A program made the position numbers and the translations under genes. Positions 1 to 9,500 of a stretch of 64,000 nt of DNA are shown here, in pieces. How positions within the stretch are numbered: position 1 is the first letter of the stretch; every line of letters begins with the position of its first letter. The DNA is from Bacteroidota bacterium (GTDB lineage: Bacteria > Bacteroidota > Bacteroidia > J057 > JADKCL01): NCBI GenBank assembly GCA_039024435.1, contig JBCCQH010000005.1, positions 29,433-93,432 of the forward strand, written 5' to 3'. Below the pieces are notes generated by a model. It was not told where the DNA came from. It made no database searches and saw only the letters and a list, made by a program, of their open reading frames with translations.

Positions 1-68
1 CGACATACGTCCCGCTCAAAGGGGCTCAAAGCTTATTTAGGTTAAACAAGGTTCTTTTCGTTCTTTGT

Positions 69-100
69 GAAAAGCGCCCCTTTGGGGCGCTTTTCTCTTT
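69..100 (+). terminator. Intrinsic-terminator-like hairpin
   Basis: Perfect 12-bp inverted repeat GAAAAGCGCCCC-TTT-GGGGCGCTTTTC (69-95) followed by TCTTT. It sits in non-coding DNA at the window edge, so the gene it serves lies outside the window. Confidence 0.55.
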
Positions 101-406
101 CGCGACCAGACCGATTCTTCCCGATAATACGCACCACCACTCCCCACGCATTCCACCGGAAAATCTGCCGAATATTCCCGGAGAAAACCCGATGCAATCG
201 CAACTTCTGTCCGCCAATTCCCGCAAATCTCCGCCAAAAAAGGTTAGATTCCCTTAGTTTTGTAATGCAAAGGTAAGGATGGTGTATTTGCGAGTTCTCG
301 AGTTTCGCTGATCGCTTCCCATTCAGTGGAAGCGCATAGCCTCGCCAAGTAGTTTATCCTTACCTGGGATTAGCATCTATCGGAAAAAACCAACAAAATA
401 CTGGTA

Positions 407-1273
407 ATGAGACAGTTAAAGATCAGTAAGCAGATCACCAACCGGGAGTCTCAATCGCTGGACAAGTACCTGCATGAGATCGGAAAGGTGGACCTGCTCA
501 CTCCGGATGAAGAAGTAGAGCTGGCGCGGCGAATCCGCGAGGGTGATCACGCGGCCCTGGAAAAACTCGCCAAAGCGAATCTCCGTTTTGTCGTTTCGGT
601 CGCGAAACAGTACCAAAATCAGGGCCTCTCCCTCGGTGACCTCATCAATGAAGGCAATTTGGGCCTGATCAAAGCCGCCCAGCGCTTTGATGAAACGCGG
701 GGTTTCAAATTTATCTCTTACGCCGTTTGGTGGATTCGCCAATCGATCCTGCAGGCCCTCGCCGAGCAATCCCGCATCGTGCGGCTGCCGCTCAACCGGG
801 TCGGGGCAATGAACCGCATCGTAAAAGCCTTTTCCAAACTGGAACAGAACTTTGAGCGTGAGCCCTCGCCCCAGGAAATCGCCGAAGCCATCGATGGCAT
901 GAGCGAAAAAGAAGTGCGCGACACCATGAAAATCTCCGGTCGCCACGTTTCCATGGATGCCCCCCTGGTCCAAGGCGAAGAAAACCGCCTCCTCGACGTG
1001 CTGGAAAACGACGAAGAGCCCGATCCCGACGCCACCTTGATGAGCGAAAGCTTAAGCAAAGAAGTAGAGCGTGCCCTGAGCACCCTCACCGAACGCGAAG
1101 CAGAAGTGATTCGCCTGTACTTCGGCATCGGCGTGGAGCATTCGCTGACCTTGGAAGAAATCGGCGAAAAATTTGATCTGACCCGGGAGCGGGTTCGTCA
1201 AATCAAAGAAAAGGCGATTCGCCGCCTGCGGCAAACGACGCGCTCCAAGCCCCTCAAGACGTATCTGGGATAA
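407..1273 (+). CDS. rpoD: RNA polymerase primary sigma factor (sigma-70 family, short Bacteroidota form)
   Basis: Complete 288-aa ORF. Regions 2-4 are readable: '[12 protein letters not shown]', '[13 protein letters not shown]', '[13 protein letters not shown]', '[28 protein letters not shown]'. It lacks region 1.1, as the Bacteroidota housekeeping sigma does. Confidence 0.93.
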   Translation: MRQLKISKQITNRESQSLDKYLHEIGKVDLLTPDEEVELARRIREGDHAALEKLAKANLRFVVSVAKQYQNQGLSLGDLINEGNLGLIKAAQRFDETRGFKFISYAVWWIRQSILQALAEQSRIVRLPLNRVGAMNRIVKAFSKLEQNFEREPSPQEIAEAIDGMSEKEVRDTMKISGRHVSMDAPLVQGEENRLLDVLENDEEPDPDATLMSESLSKEVERALSTLTEREAEVIRLYFGIGVEHSLTLEEIGEKFDLTRERVRQIKEKAIRRLRQTTRSKPLKTYLG

Positions 1274-1316
1274 TTTTCCCCGCATCTATTTGCGCTCCCA
1301 ACCCGGAGCAAAACAG

Positions 1317-1342
1317 TGATCCCGGCCATCTGGTCGGGATCA
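1317..1342 (+). terminator. Possible rpoD terminator hairpin (weak T tail)
   Basis: 8-bp stem TGATCCCG/CGGGATCA with a 10-nt loop, 44 nt after the rpoD stop. Only TT follows the stem. Confidence 0.4.
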
Positions 1343-1347
1343 TTGGA

Positions 1348-1389
1348 AATAGAAAAAAGCTAGGACAGAAAAATGCCTTGCATTCTGTC
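1348..1389 (-). terminator. Intrinsic terminator of the adhesin gene
   Basis: On the minus strand: 7-bp stem GACAGAA/TTCTGTC (1364-1389) followed by CTAGCTTTTTTCTATTT, 30 nt after the stop of the 1419-5714 gene. Confidence 0.6.
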
Positions 1390-1418
1390 GCAGGGCGCGA
1401 CAGATAAATATTACTGCG

Positions 1419-4400
1419 TCAACGGATTAACGCAAGCGAACCCCCACGCTTCACCTCCAAACCGGAGAGGACCCGCGCTTCGAGTTTCCAGATGTACACC
1501 CCTTCCTGCGAAGGATTGCCGTGGAAGGTGCCGTCCCAACTCTGGTTGATGTCCCGGGAGAGGTAGACCTGCTCCCCCCAGCGATTGAAAATCGCAAACT
1601 GGTACGAAGCAATCCCCTCCCCTTTCAATTCAAAAGAATCGTTCAGCCCATCACCGTTCGGCGTGAAGGCATTTGGGACGTAGATTACCCCGTCGGGTTC
1701 AATGAGAATCGGTGCGATGGTGATAGAATCCACACAGCCAAACGCATTGTAGGCGTAGAGCGTAACCGGATAGCGGCCCGGCTCAACGTAAGTGTGGACC
1801 GGATTGGCTTCGGTGCTGATGTAGCCATCCCCAAATTCCCAGGCGTAGGTACTGGCAAATTGCGAAGTGTTTTGAAAATGCAACTCCGCATTGCTGAGGA
1901 GGAGGGGCCGGGAAATGTCTTCCCGCGTGGTGAAGCCCGCGATGGGCGTCGGCAGTACCGTCACCAGATCCAATTTCGTGATCGAATCGCGGCATCCGTC
2001 GGCCGATATCGCCACCAGCGTCACGTCAAAGGTTCCATTTGTAAATAGGTGGGTCGGGTTCGGAACCGTGGCCGTATGGCCATCGCCGAAATTCCACTGG
2101 TAGGCGATGGCGCCCTGACTTAGATTCGTGAACACCGCAGTCACAGTATCGCAGCCCGAAGTATTTTCCGCAATGAACTCGGCCAGGGGCAGTGGGGACA
2201 CCCCCACGAAATGGGGAGCCAGCGCCGAGCAGCCTTGGGCATCAGTGACGACAACTTGGAAATCGGTATCGGTGGTCGGGCCAATCGACAATACTGGATT
2301 GCTGCCCACCGTTCCCCCCGGAACCGCCGTCCAACTGTACTGGTAGCCACCGTTGCCGCCCTGGACCGTCGCCAGCAGGTCCGCGCGGGTGCCGAGGCAG
2401 ATTTTGTTCGGGCCGCTGATTTGAACTTGCAGCGAATCCGGGGTTCCCACAACAATGCTGTCCTCGGCCCGGCAACCGTTGGCATCGATGACCTGGACGT
2501 GATGGCCACCCGCGGCGAGGGCGGTGGCGGTGGACGAGGATTGGCCTCCGGTCCAGGTGTAGGTGTAGCCCGGGGTGCCGCCCTGAACGCTGACGGTGGC
2601 GGTGCCATTGGCCTCGCCATAGCAGGCAACCGCCACGGCCTCCAACTGTAAGTTCAGGGGGGGCGCCTCCCCCACCGCAACCGCCACAACTGCATTGCAG
2701 CCATTCGCATCGGTGACGGTGACGGAGTAATTGCCCGCGGGCAAGCCGGTCGCCTGAGCGGTCGTGGCCCCGCCACTCCATACGTAGGCATAGCCGGCCG
2801 TTCCCCCATTTGCAGTGACCGCCGCCGTTCCATCCGCACTCCCAAAGCAGGTCGCTGCGGTGGCCGTGGCGGTGAGTGCAAGGGGCGCCGGGGCATTCAA
2901 AGCGAGAGAAGCCACTTGGGTACACCCACGGGCGTCGGTTACGGTAACCGTGTGGTTGCCCGCGGCCAGGTTGATGGCCTGGGCGGTGGTCTGCCCGCCG
3001 GACCAGGCGTAGGTGTAGCCGGAATTTCCCCCGCTCACCACCGCCGCGGCGGTGCCATCGGTACTGGTCGCGCACTGGGGATCTGTCCCGGTGAGCTGTA
3101 CCTGAAGCGGAGCCGGCTCCGACACCAATACGGTTTCCGCTTTCAGACAGCCATTGGCGTCGGCGACGGTGACAGTGTAGGCACCCGCGCTCAGATTGCC
3201 GATCAGGGACGTGGTCTGGGCGTTGTTCCAGGTGAAGGTATAAGGTGGGGTGCCACCGGTGGGCGTCGCCGAGGCTGTGCCGTCGCTGCCCCCATTGCAG
3301 GAAACCGGGACTGCATTGGTGAGCAGGGTCAGAGCGGCGGGTTCGGTGAGGATGAGGGCGAGGCTGTCCGAGCAGCCATTCGCATCGGTGACGGTAACGG
3401 CGTAGGGACCGGCGGTCAAACTGGTGGCGGCAATGGTTTGCTGCCCGTTTGACCAGGCGTAGGTAAAGGGCGGCGTGCCGCCGCTGGGCTGTACGGTGGC
3501 GGTGCCATTGGGCACTCCAAAGCAGGTCGGTACGGTGAGGCTGGCGGTCAGGTTGATGGCCACCGGCTCGGCAACCGCGACCGGAGCCACAGAAAAACAG
3601 CCGTTTTGGTCGGTGACGGTGACCGAGTAGTTGCCGGCGGTGAGCCCGGTGATTTGAGCGGTGGTGGCACCGCCCGCATTGGGGCTCCACAGGTAGGTAT
3701 ACCCGGGCGATCCCCCGAGGGCGGAAACCGTGGCCGCCCCATCCGCGCCTCCGTGACAGCTCACTTGCGTGCTGCTTGCGTTAACGGAGAGCGCGGAAGG
3801 CGCGTTCAGGGCCAGATTGCTGATTGTGGTGCATCCGTTCTGGTCGGTGACGGTCACGCTGGCGGTGCCCGCGGCGAGTCCGGTGGCTTGGGGCGTGGTC
3901 TGCCCGTTGGACCAGAGGTAAGTGTAGCCGGGAGTTCCGCCGGTCACCCCCGCCGTTGCTGTCCCATCGGAAATCCCGTTGCAGGTGGGGTCGGTGCCGG
4001 ACAGGGCCACTTGCAGGGCCGGTGGTTCATTGACGGTGGCGGTGGCGCTGTCCGAGCAGCCGTTGGCGTCGGTGATGGTGACGCTGTAGCTGCCGGCGAC
4101 GAGGCTGCTGAGGCTGGGTCCGGTTTGGTTGCCGGACCAGGTGTAGGTATAAGGGCCGGTACCGCCACTGGCGGTCGCCTGGATGGAGCCGGTGGCGGTG
4201 CCGTTGCACGATGCGTTGAAAGCGGTCGCGCTGGCATTGACCTGCGGCTGAATCACCACACTGCCGGAAAAGTTACCGGTGCAGCCATTGGCATCGGTGA
4301 CGGTGACGGTGTAGGGATAGACTCCCGGTCCCGGATAGGTGTGACTGGGATTTATTCCAGTGGCCAAAAGACCCCCGGCCCCGCTCCAATCGTAAGTGAA

Positions 4401-5714
4401 CGGTCCACTGCCACCGTTGGGCATGGCGGTCAACTGGACGCTCTGGCATGTAATGAGGGCACTGGCGGAGACGGTGACCGGGGGGTTGACGGAAATGCTA
4501 AAGGTGTACTGGTTGCTCCCGAGCAGGGGGCAATTGTCATCCTCCATGCTGACCAGGAAGGTGAAAGTGCCGACGCTGGGCGGCGTCCAGCAGAAGGTCG
4601 CCGAGGGATTGTTCCCGGAAATGGTGTCGGCCTGGGTGGTGCCGGTCTGGACGAAGGTCGCGCCGGGGATGTTCTGGTTCCACCAGGCTTGGACGGTTTG
4701 GCCATTGTCCAGGTCGACGATGGGGATGTCGAAGCACAGGCTGCTGCCCAGACAGGTGGAGACGGAGAAGCCGCTGCCGGTTCCCCCGACGACGTTTGTG
4801 ACGCCGGTGGTCTGGGGCAGGTTGTTGTTGCCGCAGTCGATGACGGTGATTTGCATGTCGCGCACCACCTGCCCGATGAGGACACCATTGCGGTATTCTT
4901 CGACGTAGATGCACAGTACGCCGACTTGCAAATTGCCCGGACTCGGCGTGATGCTGAGGTCACCGGTGCTCGGATCGAGGTTCAGCGTCCAACTCGGTCC
5001 CAGGGGGGCGGTCGGGCTGTAGCCGGCGTTGTAATTGATCACCGCGTTGTTTTGGCGGTAGCACGGTCCCAGACTGTAGACCAGCGAGTCGCCATCGGAG
5101 TCGTAGGCTCCTTGGTTGAAGGTAAAGGGCTGGCCCATGCAGATGTAGGGAATGGGCGGGTTTGAGAAACGCGGCGAACTGTTGCAGGGCGTGATGGCAG
5201 TGTTGATCGTGGTCTGCCCGGTAAAGATCGTTTGGCTGGCGGAGCCACTCGTAATCGCATTGTTCCGACAGCAATCGGTCCAGGTGATTTGGTAGATGCA
5301 ATTCGCGCTGCAAATATTGTAGTCGCGGTAGCGGTAGTACTCTTGCACGCCGCGGATCAACGCGCCTGGGCTGGTACATTGGGTCTGGATTCCGGGGCAG
5401 ATCGGGGTCACTTCGGTGGTGACCTGAGCACTCCAGTTTCCGACGGGAACGGGTGGGGTACAGTTGGTCCCTGATATGACATTAAAGTTGACATTCGGGG
5501 ATATGCCAGTAACTCCACCGCAGTCGCGGTACGCATTCCAATGGATGCGATAGGTACAACCGCCGATGCATTCGTAGGCGATGTCCACCCCCATGATGTG
5601 GGTGGCGTGGGCGATTGAGAACAACAAAGACATTTTCAGGCAAAGGAATAGCCTTCCACAGAATAATGGTAACCGTGAAACCATAAGCATTTCATTAGTA
5701 CGTCCAATCCGCAC
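1419..5714 (-). CDS. Large surface adhesin: SprB-type repeats, two PKD-like modules and a T9SS type-B (gliding-motility-associated) C-terminal domain
   Basis: 1431-aa ORF. The C-terminus 'IYVPNAFTPNGDGLNDSF...WDGTF.G...EGVY' is the gliding-associated CTD signature. There are 8 canonical units 'C.G..DG.A.....GG.(P/G)Y.Y.W.....T...L.AG.Y.VTVTD.NGC' and two 'W.FGDG' PKD-like modules. The N-terminus is hydrophobic. The exact start is uncertain (Met 1, 9 or 11). Confidence 0.9.
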   Translation of the reverse strand: MRIGRTNEMLMVSRLPLFCGRLFLCLKMSLLFSIAHATHIMGVDIAYECIGGCTYRIHWNAYRDCGGVTGISPNVNFNVISGTNCTPPVPVGNWSAQVTTEVTPICPGIQTQCTSPGALIRGVQEYYRYRDYNICSANCIYQITWTDCCRNNAITSGSASQTIFTGQTTINTAITPCNSSPRFSNPPIPYICMGQPFTFNQGAYDSDGDSLVYSLGPCYRQNNAVINYNAGYSPTAPLGPSWTLNLDPSTGDLSITPSPGNLQVGVLCIYVEEYRNGVLIGQVVRDMQITVIDCGNNNLPQTTGVTNVVGGTGSGFSVSTCLGSSLCFDIPIVDLDNGQTVQAWWNQNIPGATFVQTGTTQADTISGNNPSATFCWTPPSVGTFTFLVSMEDDNCPLLGSNQYTFSISVNPPVTVSASALITCQSVQLTAMPNGGSGPFTYDWSGAGGLLATGINPSHTYPGPGVYPYTVTVTDANGCTGNFSGSVVIQPQVNASATAFNASCNGTATGSIQATASGGTGPYTYTWSGNQTGPSLSSLVAGSYSVTITDANGCSDSATATVNEPPALQVALSGTDPTCNGISDGTATAGVTGGTPGYTYLWSNGQTTPQATGLAAGTASVTVTDQNGCTTISNLALNAPSALSVNASSTQVSCHGGADGAATVSALGGSPGYTYLWSPNAGGATTAQITGLTAGNYSVTVTDQNGCFSVAPVAVAEPVAINLTASLTVPTCFGVPNGTATVQPSGGTPPFTYAWSNGQQTIAATSLTAGPYAVTVTDANGCSDSLALILTEPAALTLLTNAVPVSCNGGSDGTASATPTGGTPPYTFTWNNAQTTSLIGNLSAGAYTVTVADANGCLKAETVLVSEPAPLQVQLTGTDPQCATSTDGTAAAVVSGGNSGYTYAWSGGQTTAQAINLAAGNHTVTVTDARGCTQVASLALNAPAPLALTATATAATCFGSADGTAAVTANGGTAGYAYVWSGGATTAQATGLPAGNYSVTVTDANGCNAVVAVAVGEAPPLNLQLEAVAVACYGEANGTATVSVQGGTPGYTYTWTGGQSSSTATALAAGGHHVQVIDANGCRAEDSIVVGTPDSLQVQISGPNKICLGTRADLLATVQGGNGGYQYSWTAVPGGTVGSNPVLSIGPTTDTDFQVVVTDAQGCSALAPHFVGVSPLPLAEFIAENTSGCDTVTAVFTNLSQGAIAYQWNFGDGHTATVPNPTHLFTNGTFDVTLVAISADGCRDSITKLDLVTVLPTPIAGFTTREDISRPLLLSNAELHFQNTSQFASTYAWEFGDGYISTEANPVHTYVEPGRYPVTLYAYNAFGCVDSITIAPILIEPDGVIYVPNAFTPNGDGLNDSFELKGEGIASYQFAIFNRWGEQVYLSRDINQSWDGTFHGNPSQEGVYIWKLEARVLSGLEVKRGGSLALIR
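2400..4232 (-). repeat. Tandem ~228-bp coding repeats (SprB-type, 8 canonical units plus degenerate flanking units)
   Basis: Periodic ~76-aa units, counted by eye from about aa 495 to about aa 1105 of the adhesin. Boundaries are approximate. Confidence 0.8.
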
Positions 5715-6166
5715 CTACAGCTTCGGGTAAAAGCATAGGTGTTACACGTTGACCTCTGGCTTTAGATCGACAGTTCAAATAATTTCCAACACGTATTTTA
5801 ATTGTTAATGTACTCTTTTTGATGGCCCCTTCCGGGGACTTGACTCAAAACTAAAATACAAGGAATTGCCGGTTTCAAAAACTCTCCCACTCGGAGACCC
5901 TGTAAGGAATGGGCGGGTGTTTGTAGGGATGTCCGGAGATTCAATTTGGTGGGGTGTGCGGTCTGGACAATCGAACCCGGGACGAACCGGGCATCTAAAA
6001 CGTAAAGGGGGCTTCTTGTCGTTCGTACAGGTTCTCAATTCCGGCTGCGTAAGGATCGCGGGTATTTTTAGGAAGATACCGGGAAATTTTTCCGGGTCGG
6101 GGGATCGCCTTTGGGAGAAATCCGGGACCAGAGCGAGGAACAGGCCAGTAAATTTTCGAAAAAATT

Positions 6167-6333
6167 TAGAGGCTGTGTAAAATTGGTTTGTGAAATTTGC
6201 TAGTGCAGATTTTTTTGTCCATCGAAGCTCATTTTGGAGTCCATAGCCAAAGCTATGGGCGAGAAAATAGCGGAAGAGGGGCGGAAAAAGATGCCCCACC
6301 AAAATCGCAGAATTAAATTTAAACCGCCTCTTA
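6167..6333 (+). mobile_element. MITE-like dispersed element, copy 1 (terminal inverted repeats, no ORF)
   Basis: About 165 bp, nearly identical to 42654-42817 and 52838-52990; its 3' end also matches 60951-60996. The ends form an inverted repeat (consensus TAAGAGGCGGTTTAAA ... TTTAAACCGCCTCTTA). Every copy is intergenic and in the same orientation. Confidence 0.6.
6187..6217 (+). promoter_or_regulatory. Candidate Bacteroidota-type promoter inside MITE copy 1, facing the giant operon
   Basis: TTTG (6187-6190), a 19-nt spacer, then TTTTTTTG (6210-6217). The known consensus is -33 TTTG / -7 TAnnTTTG. TA is replaced by TT here, so the match is imperfect. Confidence 0.25.
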
Positions 6334-6596
6334 GCGGCAGATTGGCAATTTTTATTTTCGTTGAGGACTTGGGCGAATTGCGCAGGCAAAATATTGGCGA
6401 TCAAATATTTAGCTCCGAATTAATTGCGTCTAGCAAAACTAACATTTGTTATCCTACGACACAGCAAGCAGCTTTCTCTCAATTTTTCGCCAGGGACGCG
6501 CAAGATTGAGGCGGGATTGACACCCAAGCCTACACCAACTCTTGTAAAAACAAACACCCGCGCAGCCCAACCAACCTGCGCCCAAACAACTAAACT

Positions 6597-9500
6597 ATGA
6601 GCACAGTTATCGTGATGGTCCCCATCCACGCCGATGGGTACTTTCTCGGCCAGGATCGCATGGCCGCGGAAGCCTTTGCCGATTTTTCCCGCCTCCCTTA
6701 TGCCAATGCGGAGCGGGATATCAATGCCGATACCCCCAATCTCAGCGAATCCATTCTGTCCGTTCCCTTTCAGAACAACAACCTGACTTTGGGCCAGGGG
6801 ATGCACCTGCACTGGTCGCTGCCCGATGCCCTCACCAAGGGCAAAGCGGGCGGTACCCCCGACGATTTCTACGCGGTGCCCAACCGCTGGCTGGTCACCC
6901 GCAAAAGCACGCTTCTGGGCGACATGCAGTGGATCGTAGAAAGCGATTACCTCCATACGGACTCCGAAAATACCTACGGTGGCATCACCTATCCCCTGGA
7001 TACGCCCAAAATCGAAGGCCAGCGCCACGGCTTCCTGGGCCGCCGATTCAACCGCATTGATTGGCAGGAAGATGGGAGCGCCGAACGCGTCTCCCGCCTG
7101 ACCGCCGTCGGCTACGGTGAGCCTACCTTCGCGGCTTTCTATCCGAATTGCCACAGCGTATTTGGCTGTTTCGATCCGCAGGTCGATACCCAAGCCAAAA
7201 CCGCGGGCCTGAGCTACCAGATCATCGGCTGGTACAGCGACAGCGCCCAGGATCCCGTCGCGGCCTGGATCAGCGCCAATCCCTCCGCCACCAACGCGGA
7301 GATCGTCGAGGGCATCTACGACAACTTTACCTGGAACGTCACCTTGGACAGCGCCGATACGCTCCAGGGCATGGTTTGCTACGCGGACCTGCAGGTGGAC
7401 ATGTCCGCGACCAGCGACATTGAGGATACCGCCCAGCACGCAGACGCCACGGTCAGCGTGGGCAGTACGGGGACGGAAGCCCTCTCCGCTTTCCTGGCCG
7501 ACGACGCCAATTCCGAAGCTGACGCCACCGCCCGCATCCAATTGGAAGAGCAATTGGAAAACCTGCTGTTGCAGACCAAACTTTCCGCCAATGACCTGGA
7601 CCTGGGCGCGCGCTTCGTGGAGGCACGCCACGAAAAGGGCTTTGTCGCCACCCGTGGGGGCAGCCTTTATGAAGTGCATCCCGCGAGTGCGGACGCCAAC
7701 GACAGCTCCGTCGACCTCAACCTGCCGCCCGGCCTGGAGACAACGCTGAGCGAACTCAACCTCGCCCAGCAATCCGAGGACGAGGCGGGCTACGCGCTGG
7801 AAAGCCGCCGCCAACAGCTCTACGCCGATTGGTCCAAGTACATGGTGACCGCCTATCCCCCCAATGGCATCGATGAAGGCTATCCCGATGTGGATGCCGT
7901 ACAACAATTCATCGCTTCGCAGGACATTCCCGCCATTCAGGATACCCTCCTCGACCAAGCCCGCGCGCAAATCGCCACCGCGGAACTCCTGTCCGCAATG
8001 CAAGTGCAGGTCAATGCTTTCAACGACAGTACGGTAGAATCTTCCCTCTTCCTGAGCGATCTGACCGCCGATCCCGTGAACCAGGGCCGCATCGTCCTCA
8101 CCAATGCGACCTTCCCCAAAGGAGCGCCCTTTGCCACGCAGGTCACCGCCTTCAACGGCACCGACGCCAACCTCACCATGAACCTGGAATTCAATCAGGA
8201 TTCGGCAGTCAAGTCCCTTTCCATGTGGGTCAACCTTGCCGGACAAAACGAATCGGGCGCGGCGCTGCTGTCCACCCAAGCCTTGGGCAAATTGATCGCC
8301 GAGGACGGCATTTTGGACTTCTGGGATACTTTCGCGATTGACGGCGTGGAGCAACCCAGCGACGAATCCCTGAAATGGAGCAGCTTGCCCAAGGAGCAGT
8401 GGTTCCACCTCTACGTGGAGTTCTCCACGGCTCTGGAAAACACCGACCTCCTCTACCTCTTCAGCAACGGCAGCGCCGATTTTGCCGCGGGCAAATTGGG
8501 TGCGGTACGGGTCTTCAGCACCGCGCTGAGCGAGGATGAGCGCTATTTCGACCAAAATATGCTGGGGCAGTCCAACTTCGAACTGAAGCGGGTCGCGGGC
8601 CTGAAATTCTGGCAGCCCACGGAACCCGTCCTGCTGATCGAAGGTGAAGTCGTGGAGCCTACGGTACGCCACGGCGCGGACGGCCGCCTGACGGCAGACA
8701 AAAGCCTGGACTGCGACGGCACCACCGTGACCGAATTTCCCTTGGAGGCGGACGACCTCGACGGCGTCCTGACCGCAATCGCCGCGGGCGCATCCAGCAG
8801 CGAGGAACAAATCGGATACCGCAGCCAGGCGCAGCAACCTTGGAACCCCTTCCTGCTCGAATGGGAGGCGGAAATCCACCCCATGTCCGAAAGTGGCAAC
8901 CTCAACATTGCCGACAAAAGTTTCGGGAGCGACTTCCTCACCACCAATTTCAGCCTGGACGAAAACAGCCCCGAACTCACCGTTCAGAATGGCAAAAGCG
9001 TGATCAGCGCGGCGGCGACTTACACGGGCCGCGCCATCCTCACCCCCTACGCGAAGACGCAGTTGCTGAGCACCATCGTGGGCCAATTGAATGGGCTGCT
9101 GGAAGCAAATTGCTACCAGGTCATCGGGGACATCTCGGATAACGATGCCACGCACTACGCCACCGACCTGAGCGACTGGTTCGCGAACAAGCCCACGCTG
9201 GAGGAATGGTTCGCCGACGACGCGGCCTACGACACGCAGATGACCACTTTTGAGGAATGGTACCTGGGCAAGCCCGTGTATTCCGCGGCGCCGCTCACGC
9301 TGCGGACGGTCTTCACCGATTCCACTACCAATACGTTCGACGAGACCGCTGCCCGCCTGAGCGACTTCAACTACGCCCTGATCAAAGCTTACCAGCAGGC
9401 CCGCAGCTCGCACTTCATCTCCCAGGCACTGAGTGGATTCAACAATGCGCTGCTCATGCACCAGCAAGTGATGCAACTGCCGGTGGAGGATCCGCTGGGC

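Noticed and set aside
2400-4232. Regular ~228-bp periodicity that could superficially suggest a repeat array or CRISPR
   Set aside because: The period is far too long for CRISPR, there is no spacer/repeat alternation, and the units are in-frame coding repeats of the adhesin.
2242-5165. Long alternative-frame ORFs inside the adhesin gene (2242-3690 minus, 3606-5165 plus, and others)
   Set aside because: Their products are R/G/P/H-rich repeats with no motifs. The 1419-5714 frame carries SprB, PKD and T9SS CTD signatures.
5947-5984. On the minus strand, '...CCCGGGTTCGATTGTCCAGACCGCACACCCCACCA' resembles a tRNA/tmRNA T-arm plus a CCA end, which could mark an integration site next to the operon
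   Set aside because: The T-stem does not pair (CCGGG versus GTCCA). No complementary acceptor 5' strand or cloverleaf lies upstream. The local structure is just a CCCGG-GACGAA-CCGGG hairpin. This is probably coincidence and is not reported as a tRNA or att site.
5805-6509. ORFs 5805-6404 (minus) and 6234-6509 (plus) in the region upstream of the operon
   Set aside because: Both run through the MITE-like repeat, have poor composition and have no motifs. The repeat copies do not conserve a reading frame.
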